From positions 417,379 through 481,378 of the forward strand of contig QPMI01000470.1 of the NCBI GenBank assembly GCA_004431415.1: a DNA stretch of 64,000 nt, read 5' to 3'. This DNA comes from Cyanophora paradoxa CCMP329 (lineage: Eukaryota > Plantae > Glaucophyta). The notes below the pieces were generated by a model. The model was given only the letters and a program-made list of their open reading frames with translations, did no database searches and was not told the DNA's origin. The translations under genes and the position numbers were made by a program. Of the stretch, positions 52,789-64,000 are shown in pieces. Each line of letters starts with the position of its first letter. The stretch's first letter is position 1.

Positions 52789-54620
52789 TTCGATAGGGTG
52801 GGGCGGGTGGGGTGAGGTGGGGCATTTTTTTGAATTCCCTAAAATAATTCCCCCTCAAAAATTCTTGGTCAAAAAAGACCCCACCCAACCCCACTTACCC
52901 CACCCTGTATCTTTTATTATATCAGGCGAAGCCTCTTTCTCAAACCCAAAAACCGACGATCTAAATTCCTTTTTTAACCTTTTTTTCCACTCAAGATCCC
53001 CCCTGCTTAATAATTTCCGTGTCGCACTCCCTCGAGGCAGAATTAAGCATCCCGCGAAAATCGAATTTCCCTCTGGATCAATTCCGGTACTTAACCTCCG
53101 ACAAATGCAGTCCGAGTCCGAAGGTGGGACCCGGTCCCGCCCGGTCCCGCGACGAAATCGCGCCAGGGACGCCCCAGAACGATACAGAATGACGCGCGAG
53201 GGCGAGCGCATCGCCGCAAGCTCGATTTCGGGCGCCGTCGACGCTCCAGTGCGAAGAGTCGGCCGAAAATTTGATCCGGCCGGTTCCGGCCGGTCCCGCG
53301 ACGCGCGCAATCCATGCGTACTGGCGCGTCCCCCCTGCTTAATAATTTCCGTGTCGCACTCCCTCGAGGCAGAATTAATAATTCTGCCTCGACACGGACG
53401 CGATTGCTGCTAGTCACTCAGCCACACGAACCCCCACAGACCTCTCTAGATCCATTTTTAGCGTCGTAGCTGCCCTAAGACGACCGCTCCCCCGTAGGCA
53501 TCCCGCGAAAATCGAATTTCCCTCTGGATCAATTCCGGTACTTAACCTCCGACAAATGCAGTCCGAGTCCGAAGGTGGGACCCGGTCCCGCCGGTCCCGC
53601 GACGAAATCGCGCCAGGGACGCCCCAGAACGATACAGAATGACGCGCGAGGGCGAGCGCATCGCCGCAAGCTCGATTTCGGCGCCGTCGACGCTCCAGTG
53701 CGAAGAGTCGGCCGAAAATTTGATCCGGCCGGTTCCGGCCGGTCCCGCGACGCGCGCAATCCATGCGTACTGGCGCGCATAGACATAGCAGCGCCTGCGC
53801 ACCCCCGAAATCCGCTTTTCGGAGCCGGAAGAGCGCAGGAAGGTACCCGACGGCAAAAATTCGATCCTAGACAGGCCCGGAGATCTTTCCGCGCGCCCAC
53901 GCCGCGGCGCATGCGCGGAACGATAGCATAAGCATTTGAGATGTAGACAAAGCATTCCGCACGCTTTACAGATGCGCCGGACCGCGGGGACCCAGCCGAC
54001 CCCGAAAATTCGATCCTTCACGGACCTGCACATCTTTCCGCGCGCCCTCGCATCCTCACGCGAGCGCATCGCTACAGTATTCAGTTGAGATCTTTTTAAA
54101 GCTTTTCGCAAGCTCTGCGGGCGCGACAGGGCACGAGAACCCAGCCGACGCAAAAATTCGATCCTGAACGGGCCTGCACATCTTTCCGCGCGCCCACGCC
54201 GCGGCGCATGCTCAGAGCTTTCCGCGCGCCCTCGCATCGTCACGCGAGCGCATCGCTACAATATGCATTTGAGATCGTTTTAAAGCTTTCCGCGAGCTCT
54301 GCGGGCGCGACAGCGCACGACAACCCAGCCGACGCCAAAAATTCGATCCTGGCCACGCCTGCACATCTTTCCGCGCGCCCTCGCCTCCGCAGCCCCGCAC
54401 ATCGATGCTATATGCATTCGCTGGCCAGTCGCTGAGTGCCCTATAGGCCTACTGTGACAGCCGCGAGGGCGTCCGCGAGGCTTCGCCGTACTTAGTGCTC
54501 CGCAGGAGCACGGATCTTGTTTATGATTGATTTCAATGTAATTAATGTATAAAGTATAGAGATTATGTATGTTAAATTAATACCGGGTGGGGTGTGAGGG
54601 TGGGGTGTGAAAGTGGTATC
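52789..54620. repeat. Iteron-like repeat, copy 2, split by the Helentron insertion
   Basis: First half at 52789-52911. The second half resumes at ~54523 (ATGATTGATTTCAATGTAATT...GGGTGGGGTGTGAGGGTGGGG). Confidence 0.85.
52912..54522 (+). mobile_element. Non-autonomous Helentron (HINE/DINE-like) with internal tandem repeats
   Basis: T-rich 5' end. Palindromic 11-bp subterminal inverted repeats GGCGAAGCCTC (52925-52935) and GAGGCTTCGCC (54477-54487). 3' stem-loop GTGCTCC-GCA-GGAGCAC (54495-54511). Ends CTTGTT in a T-run with no TSD. Internal ~280-bp duplication (~53048 and ~53498) and ~150-180-bp repeats at 53850-54410. Confidence 0.8.
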
Positions 54621-54857
54621 AGCCAACCATTTAATAATTACGATATTGAACCGACGTGATACCGACGAGATATGATATATTCAGATCGTATTAGAACGGC
54701 GCGATCACTAAGAAAAACAAGTATCATGTGCTGTATATTTCGCGATCCCTGAATCGCGAATCGATAGGGTGGGGTGAGAAAGTGGGGCACCACCCTCACT
54801 GTATACACTGTGATATGATCGCAATCCCGATGTAGCCTACTATGATATCGTGCGGAC

Positions 54858-55088
54858 TTCGATAGGGTGGGTAAGTGGGGTGAGGTGGGGCATTTTTTTG
54901 AATCCCTTAAATTTTGGGGGGTCAAATATTTTTGGGCAAAAAAGACCCCACCCAACCCCACCCTCCCCACCCTGTATTACTTATCGATACACCTCACTTA
55001 TTTCAATGTATAAACTCTATTAAATTAGATAGTAAATATGTATAGAAATAACGAGATTGTAGTATAGGGTGGGGTGTAGGGTGGGGGC
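54858..55088. repeat. Iteron-like repeat, copy 3 (plus a shortened copy at ~54761-54805)
   Basis: Same arms and AT-rich tract as copy 1, diverged. Confidence 0.88.
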
Positions 55089-55502
55089 AAAATGCAAACT
55101 GAATCAGTGCGATATAATTTAGTGAACACAAGTGGATATGAAGTGGATACGAAGTGGATACGAAGGGGATAAGTGCGCCCCGCCACTATGCAAGATACAT
55201 GCAAACTACATGCGAGTTCTATGAAAACAATAACGATTTAGTCATGTATATATTTCGTATATATGTCCGCACCTCCGTGTGTGTGATCCCGCACAACTTT
55301 GCTTTTTTGTGTTTTTTTTGTTTTTTTTCGCATATCACGACATATACATATATACACCGGCGTCACCGACATATTCGGGGTCATCACATCGCGGCGATTC
55401 CGAAACATATAGCATGCGATAGCGTAGTATTTTTACGTTGTCTGATCGTAATGTGATAAATTAGCTGTTATGGCTGATCGTAATGTGATAAGAGATCATC
55501 GA

Positions 55503-55762
55503 TAGTAGGCTGACAGTAGGCTGAGAGTAGGCTGATAGTAGGCTGACAGTAGACTGACAGTAGGCTGACAGGGTGATAGTATAGGCTGACAGGTGATAGT
55601 ATAGGCTGACAGGCTGATAGTATAGGCTGACAGGCTGATAGTATAGGCTGACAGGGTGATAGTATCGGCTGATAGTATAGGCTGACAGGATCAGGATTGG
55701 CTGATGACAGGCTGACAGGATCGGGATTGGCTGAGGACAGGCTGACAGGATCAGGATTGGCT
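55503..55762. repeat. Tandem array of AGGCTGAC-core units of variable length (11 to ~27 bp)
   Basis: (AGTAGGCTGAC)n grades into (GTGATAGTATAGGCTGACAG)n and (AGGATCAGGATTGGCTGA..)n. Confidence 0.88.
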
Positions 55763-56798
55763 ATAATAAAGCGTGCTCAGGTTACGGTGTCCAATCAAAA
55801 ACGCACACAATTCAATCGGCGAAAGGGGGCATACGGGAAAAGCGAAGGGGGGATACCAAAACACCGATTTTCGATGGAAATCGTCAAACGCTTGTATCTC
55901 ATCACCAGCTCATCACCCTGCAAAACTGAAAATAGCGCCGTGACGTCTTAACGAGGCTAGCACGTCCATATAAGTTTCATAGGCTCAAAAAATAATGTGT
56001 AAAATGCATAGTTTTTAAAAAATGCGATCGCGGGGCTCTAAGCCTCTGACTCCCAGTGACTCGGTGAGCCGCTGAGCCAACTCGGCGGTCGGCGGTAGCC
56101 TATACTATCATAGTATGACACTTGCCAGTTGCATTTAAGTTGCAAAGTTGGAGTCCCGAGTCCCGAGCCCCGAGTCCCGAGTCCCGAGTCCCGACTCGAT
56201 AACACCGGCGATCGCGACTTCGCGGAGACCCCCCCTTTCGTTTTCCGGGCATAACTTTGGACAGCAAGCCGATCTCGGCGCGCTCTCAATTGCTACGTGC
56301 TCGTAACTTGCTTCCGGGCATGTTGGTGCTAGTTTGACTAGCTAACTCAACCGTGGCAAGAAGTGCAAATTCGCCATAGGCACAAGTGCCCGAAAATCGA
56401 GGTGTCCGCTACATTCTGAGAGCCGGCGCGCGTTCCCATGAGGCTCCACTAGTCATACTTTGCAACCGTGCGCGTATAGAGTAGTTCTACGCTACTACAA
56501 AGCGGCGCGGTCTGATTCGCAAAGGGCGCGATTTGGCGCTACGAAAGCACCGCGGCGCCTACTACTTTCGTGTCTCAAAGTCGCTTTTCGATCGCCATTA
56601 GCTACCGGCGCTACCGTTGCTACTTTCTACTACTTCTTAATGTAGCTTTGGTTTCCGGCGCTTTATAGCTCTCAGTTTGATTAGAGAACGACTTATACCA
56701 TCGTTGGCTATTCACGCCGCCGGATAGCTTAGGCTCGGCGGCTGTTACTAGCCGCTGTAATTCTTTATTTACGCGTTTCTCTTTTTGCACGCGATCTT

Positions 56799-58005
56799 CT
56801 AATAGAGTGCCTTCGGCACAGCCGCGGCGGCTTCTATGCCCTCTCTACGCAATTGCGCATCGACCCGCGCCTCGTCCTTTGCCGCTTCTAATGCATCTAC
56901 TGTGGGCGCCATTAGGTAATCCACAGCTTGGACAGGCAATAGCTCGTGGAAGGCAAAGCGACCCTCTACGCGATTGCCGTCCGGATCAGTTAGCATAAAC
57001 TTATAGCCCTCGCGCGCGGCGACAGTATATACGATTCGGCTCCAATTGTTACCGCCCTTAGCGAATGGCGTCTTCTCTCGATCCGTAGCCTTACTGACAT
57101 GCCCGGCTGAATCTGATCCAAATAAGCTATCGATTTCTTGAATTTCGCATCTTCTTTTTGCACTATAAGCTTATAGTGACTCTCGTTGGTCTCGGCGGGC
57201 ATATAGCCGGTCGCAGAGTGCACCGTATTATTATAATTATATTCCAGAGACGAAGGACATCTATAAATCGCGCCGTATTATTCGCGATGCAGTAGCTCGT
57301 GATCAGCCGCCGCATTTGCTTGTTAAATGCTTCTATGCGCCCTTGCGCGCGATGGTCGGCTGTGTCCGCTATCTGATGCTCGATAAACTGATTCTCGAAA
57401 TATTTGCGCATAATATCATTGCGGAATTCGCTTCCCGCATCGCTTTGCAGCTTTGAAAATTGGTCTCGGCGCCTTATTTTGCAGCTGTATTAAAGGCGGC
57501 TTAAGGTCGACGCCGCGGACTTATCCCGCATCGGGATAATGAACCCGACCCGTAATGTGTTCTCCATAGCCGTGAGAAAAGCACTGTAATTATCATTATA
57601 CTTCGAGTAAGCGGGAAAGAATAGCAGATCAATTACGTAGGTATCGAGAGGCTGTCGGATCGGTATAGCAGGGTCTCGTTTGCGGGATAGGTGCGGCGCA
57701 TTAATCTGAACGACCTCTTGCCGGCTATACCACTCTTGCAATTTCTTATAATTCTCATTGGGCAGCTCTTGCCGTAGCTTAGTGATCCCTTTGAAACCGG
57801 TTTGCGGATCGTAGAATTTACGCGCGATTTTCGATTGCTCCGGGACAGCAAGGGCTACGGGCACGTCGCGGGGCACCAAAGCCTTTAAATCAGACCGCTT
57901 TACTATGCGGCTCTCTTTATTCTCTTTCGGCACGGGGATCGGCAATGTGCTCCCCTCTAAATCTTGCGATCGTCTTACTATTGGCGGTCTTGACATCCTT
58001 GTCAT
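56799..58005 (-). pseudogene. Polinton-type retroviral-like (rve/DDE) integrase, frameshifted
   Basis: FYDPQTGFKG, YVIDLL (D), LQSDAGSEF (D), GRIEAFNK (E), HSATG..P and C-terminal LTDPDG..GRFAFHELLPV. Split across 4-5 frames. Confidence 0.88.
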
Positions 58006-58181
58006 CAGACAATAAAAAGATCAATGTAACATTTTACATGCACGAGGCAATAGAAGGTTTTGTTTGTTTACGGTAAATCAGAGAAGAAGATATTAGCAAC
58101 GACACCATTTCGGTTGGCTCCATTTATATACCACATGTGGCTGTTACGAACTCCACTTCGCTCCATTAATCTTTTAAGAAT

Positions 58182-58552
58182 TTAACGCACCGTTGTGCGG
58201 CGTGTAATATTAATTCCATGCTCTTCGAATTTCCGATGATATTTGGACAGATCGCGTTTAACATGGAAATATAGAATGTCGATCGGTTGTTGTTCATGCT
58301 CACGCTTCATGGCTCTCACTACATCTACCATGCTATACTGAGTGCATCTAACATGACCCCAGAAATCCACAACAGGTAAATATCCTCCTGTATCATCATC
58401 GACAGGATGATATTATACCTATATCTGTAAGGGTTCCCAGTGGCTTTAACATAAGCGAATACGTTATCTGATGATCGATTACTATTTTTATGCGGTTCTT
58501 CAATGAAGAAGCCAATCGACTTCACATCTTCTCTACGAATGTATGTATTCAC
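58182..58552 (-). CDS. Uncharacterised element ORF (two overlapping frames, probably one frameshifted gene)
   Basis: Adjacent 75-aa and 62-aa ORFs co-oriented with the integrase and pPolB. No motif recognised. Confidence 0.35.
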
Positions 58553-59074
58553 AAATGAGAATTGAACATGCTCACTATCAAAGGAGAAAAGACATCTAAC
58601 AGTTCCACCATGTTTAATGACATTTCAGAGAGAGGGAAACTAATGATAGGTTACCATTAAAGCGATAAGCCATTGCCTTTTACTTTAAGCTGAGAAAATA
58701 TTTTCCTGTTGCCTAAATGTAGCGCGTTCTCCTTAAATCATTTTGCGTTGCCCACGGGGCTTTCAATTTTTGACGATCCGCGGTGAGATTCTCACGTTTA
58801 CTGTCAATAAAATCAGGCTACCTGAGCGTTTATTGTCAAGATTTTCGCAATTGTTGTAAACTTTACAAGTAAATACTGTAAAACGCGCAATAAAAAGGCG
58901 CAGTAAACAGTAAAATGGACGCCCCGATATGGGACGCGCACCCGATCCCCAATTACTTCCTAATCGACCCTGACGACCCCGGATTAAAGTGCATATGGCT
59001 TTACATATCCTAAGGCGACAGCTCCTTCAATTAGAGCGCAAACCAAGAAAAAGAACGCATGATAAGATAGACGA

Positions 59075-62000
59075 CTAACAGCCGAATGGAAGGCTATGTA
59101 TGCCGTCGCCTGATATGCAGCGCTTGCCATCGAATTGGGTCAGCGCTATCCGCTTGCTCTCCAAATCATATAAGTGGTGGCATCGCCGTTGCTTGTTTAC
59201 TACTGTTACTGTTTTTGTGATCCCGTCAAATAGGCAGCGCTTAAAGTCGTCGAAATGCACCTCTTTCGAGGCTGTCCCGCTCATTTTTACCTTGTCGTAG
59301 CTCTCAGTGCGGAAAGCATATAGCTTCGGTCGCAGCCCCACATACTCCACTATCTTGACGTCGGGCATCTCATTTTTATATTTACCGGGAACCATCCGGT
59401 TCTCGGGCTATAAGGGCAATCTAAATAGGGCTGATCTCTCGCATGCCCGCTTCCAGATCGCGCTCTCTATATACAGACAGAACGAGTCGGTATCGTGGAA
59501 CAGCAGCTGAGCTTGCGACCAGGTGGGTCGGATCACGTCGTAAAAGAAGCTATAATTATGCAGCTTCGCGGCATCCAGCACATAAGCGCCAATAGCCACC
59601 GGTTTATCGAGTTTTACGTGTTTACTATACATTTCGAATGCAACAGCGCTTTCGTTTAATACATTCGTCGCTTTTACCAGTGGGCTCGCGGCGTATTTCT
59701 TAAACAGCTTCGTGCTATTCGCGATCTTTACCACTGAGCGCCCTCGACACGATTCCAGGCATTTACCGTAAATAGCATTGTTCATTAATTTAAAGAAGTC
59801 GCTCTCGAATTTATTCCGGGCTTCCTTTCGCAGCTTCGTGTTCAGATCTATATAGGGCTTCATAAATGCAGCGGTTGCAAACGAGAGCACACGGTGGATC
59901 TTAGTAACTACGATCCCCTTTTTTACCATATAGAGCAGCATCGGCTGAGACACCACGTAATTATATTTCGGAGTAAACGAGGCGATCAGCTTCGGATCTT
60001 TACTGAGCTTCTCGCCGCTAATCTCCAAAAGCCCACGCTGATATTTCCCGAGCATGTCCGCAGTAATTACCTCTTTACTCACGATCAGCGGGAAATCGCG
60101 ATGGTCGCCCTTTAAATAGTCCGGATACGCAAGGTCGACCTCTATAAATGCACTCCGCCCTACAACCTCGGTAAAAGCTGTGCTCGTGTCGTCCCAGCGA
60201 TAGTCCCCGACCGGTAAAGGCTGACTGAGCGCATAGCCATATAGATTATTCGCATCCAATAGCACTATATGTTTATCCTCGCTATTAGCCTCGGCATATC
60301 GTGTGGGCATGGTCGCAAAGCCGCCCCTAATTGCCCGCTCAATAAATTCGTATTGATCCGCATCGCTGATCTGTTCTATTGCGACCCTCGTATGCTTTAA
60401 CATCGCGTCCCACGATAGTCCCGGTGCGCTCACATAATGCGTGGGATCCAGTCCGTATTGCTCATGGGCGAGCATGCTGAATTTACCGAATTTTACCATG
60501 AGATCATTAACATCGGACGCCTGAAAATCCATGAAATTCGAGGCGTCTATAAACTTGTAAAGTCCCCACTGTAAAGAGAGATACTCGTCGAAATTCTTAC
60601 TTAGGATCTCGACCCGCAGCTTGTCGTCTTGCTGTGCGATTTTCCTGAATATAGCATGCCCGCACTCGTCCATCCGATCAATGACCACGGCTACTTTCGT
60701 TTGCTTTGAGATCCGCCTGTGTAAATTGCATTTTCGGCAAGCTTTCCCTATATAATCGCCGCTTTGGTGACAGTGATCGCGCACAGGGAAGTTTTCGTGG
60801 GTAAATCGCTGATTGCATATATAGCAGTGTTTGGTGATTTTATAGGCTTGCTTTTGCGCCTCTGTGAGCGGAATCATAGGTGTTTAGTAAATAGGGTATT
60901 AAGCATCTCGCGGCACAGTTCCCCTAACGTGGTAAACATCTGACCCAGCGGATCCACGCCCTCGAATTCGTGATTTTCAACATGCGAGCCCATAACTACA
61001 TTAAGTGCCACCGACTTTACCTCTCGCTTGGTTCGATTTGGTTCATTAGGAACCGGCACCGACTCCATCTCTACCTTGCAGTAGCAGACAGTAGGAAGCC
61101 ACACCATTTTCCTTAGGTGTTGCAGTCCGAAAGTAATAAAGCTTCCGGGCTCCGGGCATTTACCTTTACTCAGCCGCCAATCGATACAGCGATTAGAGTC
61201 GGTGTGGCTATCGAGTTTCTCCTGTGATCTAAACCGGGACAAGCAGGTTTCGCAGTAGAAAATGCGCCCGTCGTTTGCTTTATCAAAGGTGGTCTTTAAT
61301 AGGCGGCTCAGTGACATAATCGTAATATAGTGACCCTGTCCGTTTGCGTCCTCGATCAGCAGCAGGTTTACCTTCGATTTACGACGCGGATTACTTGACA
61401 TGTGCAGTGGATAAAAGGTTTGGGTCGCATTGTCGGCGCCATATATATTAATTGACAGCTCGGGATTATTGTCCTCGAAACGATCTATTAATGCAGCATC
61501 GCAAGCCACCGGGAAATTAATGCCTGAGAAGTCCAGCTCAGTCATCCACCGCCTATATTGGAACGGATCATTACGTTTGTGTCTGTTTATGTCGTTTCTG
61601 TGCAGCCATGCGAGGATAGCGTAATTAAAGCAGTCGTGACCATCGATATTCTTAATATTTACTGTGGCTCGCTTTAATCCAATCCATTCGGGGGTCTCAA
61701 TGTAGCAACCGCCCATCGGCGCATATGATAAAACGACGACATGTAGCTTATCTAATTTACTGAGCCGGTAGCTGTCGACCTGTATCATCTGTTCATTCAT
61801 TTGCTGAGCTACACCCACTAACTCAGTGAGAATATTGCGCGACCTTGTGATTACGAAATAATCGCTATAAATGTGTTTGTGATAAAAACGTTAGGATCAC
61901 TCACTTTTACGTATCGGCAGATGAAAGTAAGGCGCACCTTAATAGCTTTAAGCTCGTCCAGCCGTTCTTTCAGCCGCCCAGGCAGGTTTGCAGCGATGGT

Positions 62001-62144
62001 AGTGAGAAATTCCACCGGATCTACGATTATCTGTTCATCCGCCTTATAGCTATACCAGGCGTATGCTTTATTCATTGCAAAACCGTCTTCCTCATCGGGT
62101 TCTATGACGGCTAAGCGCCGCCCTTCGGTATAGAAGCGCTCCAC
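59075..62144 (-). pseudogene. Protein-primed family B DNA polymerase (Maverick type) split into 4 ORFs
   Basis: N-terminal GCYIETPEWI..VNIKN..DCF..AILAWLH...GHY (vOTU-like). C..C..VRDHCH..G..C..CN endonuclease-VII-like zinc module. YGLDPTHYVSAPGLSWDAML, DANNLYG, KLMNNAIYGK, HDTDS and GLRPKLYAF. Confidence 0.93.
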
Positions 62145-62461
62145 ATTTTCCAGGCGATTATAGAGCTCGTCGGCAATATTTCCAAGGTTAGCTAAGCGGG
62201 GTTTTCGATCTAAGATCGCCGCCCTTCGATCATATTCGGCTTCGGTGATCTCCCAGTGACTAAAAGACTACCTAACAAGCCTAATATTTCGTCTTTTTCT
62301 CTTTTATAAGGCGATTAGTTTGGCGGGGCATCTTTTACTTTAAGGGAACATTTTTATTTCGGGAAAGGACGCGTTCAAAAATGTGGAAACATATTTAAGG
62401 ACAACTCAAAAAAATGACACATAGGAAAACATTTTATGTGTATCAGATATAGAGAAACACA

Positions 62462-62955
62462 ATGAATACCCAAGAGATAATAGAATATTGTAAGACACTT
62501 ACAAATATTCCCGTAACAGAAGCAACAAAAGAATGCACAGACAAGAACTATCTCAAATGGGAAAAGAAGAATGCGCGTAAGAAGGTAATCTTTGTTATAT
62601 CACAAACGCGTAAACATCAGGACATGTTTTTACATCTTAATATGGCTTCCAGTTTTACCATCCGCATAGGCAGCACATATGCGCATTGGTTTACAAAGGA
62701 TATAAAATGTTAATACCACTTGACATTACGAAAGAGAAATGCATTGAGGTAATACAAAATGTTATATCCGGCTATTCTAAAAAACAAGATGGGGAAGTTA
62801 AGTGTGTGATTTGTTTAGAGGTTATAGAAACGGAAGATTTAGCTTGTGCGCAGTGTAATAGTTCTGTGTGTGAATCTTGCATATCCAAAATGACTTATAA
62901 ACAACGTTTTACCTGTCCAGTTTGTCGTATTGGGAGCTTGCAACAATACCATTAA
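62462..62955 (+). CDS. RING-finger-like protein (two overlapping ORFs, probably one frameshifted gene)
   Basis: CVIC-x10-CAQC-x4-CESC-x11-CPVCR at the C terminus. Confidence 0.75.
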
Positions 62956-62994
62956 TGGCAAGTGCCTAAGTTAGCTTACTGACGTTTTTTGTTT

Positions 62995-63214
62995 TTCGAT
63001 AGGGTGGGGAGGGTGGGGTGAGGTGGGGCATTTTTTGAGTTCCAATAAAAAATTCTCCCACCCAAACATTTTGGGCAAAAAAGACCCCACCCAACCCACC
63101 CTCCCCACCCTGTATTAACAACCATGATTTACACTGAAATTCAATGTGTTTTAAGTTATAAAAATAAGATATATCAATGTTAGAATGAAACCAGGTGGGG
63201 TGTAGGGTGGGGTC
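62995..63214. repeat. Iteron-like repeat, copy 4, abutting the helicase stop codon
   Basis: Same architecture as copies 1-3. The helicase TGA lies at 63213-63215. Confidence 0.9.
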
Positions 63215-64000
63215 AGGCTTCCACATCTGAATCCTCGAATTTGGTGCCCCTTTTCTTTGGTTGCGGCTGAGGAGAATCATCTTCTTTAATCGAATCATCA
63301 TCGATAAGCTTCAACTTTCGGAATTCAGACATCATCTCATTCCACAGGAAGTGATAGTTAGATTTTCCATTGGTCGTTTTCACTTGAATATATGTAGTCG
63401 TGCGCATCTCAGTATAGAACCGCTTGCTATTATAATCGTTTTTATATTTGTTTTCAGAGATGAAGTCTTTGAACAGCTCCCATGTCGATGCAAGACCGCC
63501 CAGCTTGGTTTTCAGCTCTGTAACCCGCTCACTATCGACAAGCCACTTCGCAAACATAAGAATAATCGGTGCAGCCGCTTGCTGAACTAAGTAGTATCGG
63601 TTTGTTAGCGGTCTGTCTTGACTCCAATTGACTTTCTCGCAATTTACTTTCGTCCTGAGATACTGAACGATATTTCGAATATTTCTCATATCATTCAGCC
63701 ACTCAACAAGCGGGGCGAAATAATCCTTATTACAGCGCTGTTTGTCACTCACCTCAATGACCACAAAGCGACGATCATCAGCCTCGATCTTGACAGGGAC
63801 AGTATTGTTGCTTGTGAAAACGATTCGCGCGAAATTCTTCTTATCATACGAGTCTATTCCTTTGTGCTCAATTACAATCTTCGGGCTGTGACTATATCTT
63901 TGAGAAGGTCGCTATGTTTCAAAGGTGTCCTTTCGGAAGCTTCATTTACAACGATCAGAATCTTATCCTCCCGATTGTGAGCAAACCGCCCGAATAAATC
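63213..64000 (-). CDS. SF3/D5-like helicase, C-terminal part with a winged-helix-like tail (partial; frameshift near 63875)
   Basis: LFGRF..ILIVVNEA (Walker B)..LKDIVT..IEHKGIDSY..NFARIVFTSNN (motif C)..DDRRF (Arg finger). Confidence 0.85.

Larger units (their letters stand above)
52142..64000. mobile_element. Polinton/Maverick-like endogenous element, left part (continues off the right edge)
   Basis: Abrupt switch to AT-rich, intronless DNA. Encodes an rve integrase, pPolB, a RING protein and an SF3 helicase. No capsid, ATPase or maturation protease gene recognised in this window. Confidence 0.85.

Noticed and set aside
52380-54970. ORFs such as 52739-53413 and 53542-54243
   Set aside because: They are translations of repeat modules and Helentron tandem repeats with no protein motifs.
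53040-55762. CRISPR array
   Set aside because: The repeats are tandem without unique constant-length spacers, there are no cas genes, and the context is eukaryotic.
56799-64000. Programmed frameshifting in the integrase, pPolB and helicase
   Set aside because: The shifts are many and scattered, without consistent slippery sites. Decay or long-read indel errors are simpler explanations and cannot be separated without reads.
52142-64000. Bacterial or phage contamination, or a chimeric join
   Set aside because: The genes are of the eukaryotic Polinton type and the region contains a eukaryotic Helentron. A misjoin at the poly-G junction cannot be fully excluded without spanning reads.

Overview
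Intron-rich, very GC-rich eukaryotic nuclear DNA. It is probably from a glaucophyte-like alga, inferred only from an MSFV...RFEV plastid transit peptide. Positions 1-52.1 kb are host chromosome. I reconstructed about 12 spliced genes by hand: a LamG-domain protein, a YhhQ/VUT queuosine-precursor transporter, a rolling-stone-like membrane protein, a PHTF-like multipass membrane protein of roughly 25 or more exons, a catalytically degenerate aldo-keto reductase, a tail-anchored unknown, an ENPP phosphodiesterase, a tandem WCRKC thioredoxin (plus a decayed copy), three F-box proteins and a 5'-interrupted unknown. A Ngaro-type tyrosine-recombinase retrotransposon (35.8-48.4 kb) sits between two divergent F-box genes and has a 5'-truncated APE-RT-RNaseH LINE nested in its gag. 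A 285-bp TG..CA element with tRNA-derived A/B boxes and a 4-bp TSD lies in an intron at 51 kb. From 52,142 to the window end is an AT-rich Polinton/Maverick-like element encoding an rve integrase, a pPolB with a degenerate exonuclease, a RING protein and an SF3 helicase. It starts with a perfect 28-bp-stem hairpin, carries four iteron-like palindromic repeats and hosts a nested non-autonomous Helentron. Host introns fall into two classes; the long class contains degenerate copies of neighbouring exon ends in TA-palindromic filler. Gene models are manual and exon boundaries approximate. Many frameshifts may be homopolymer assembly errors.
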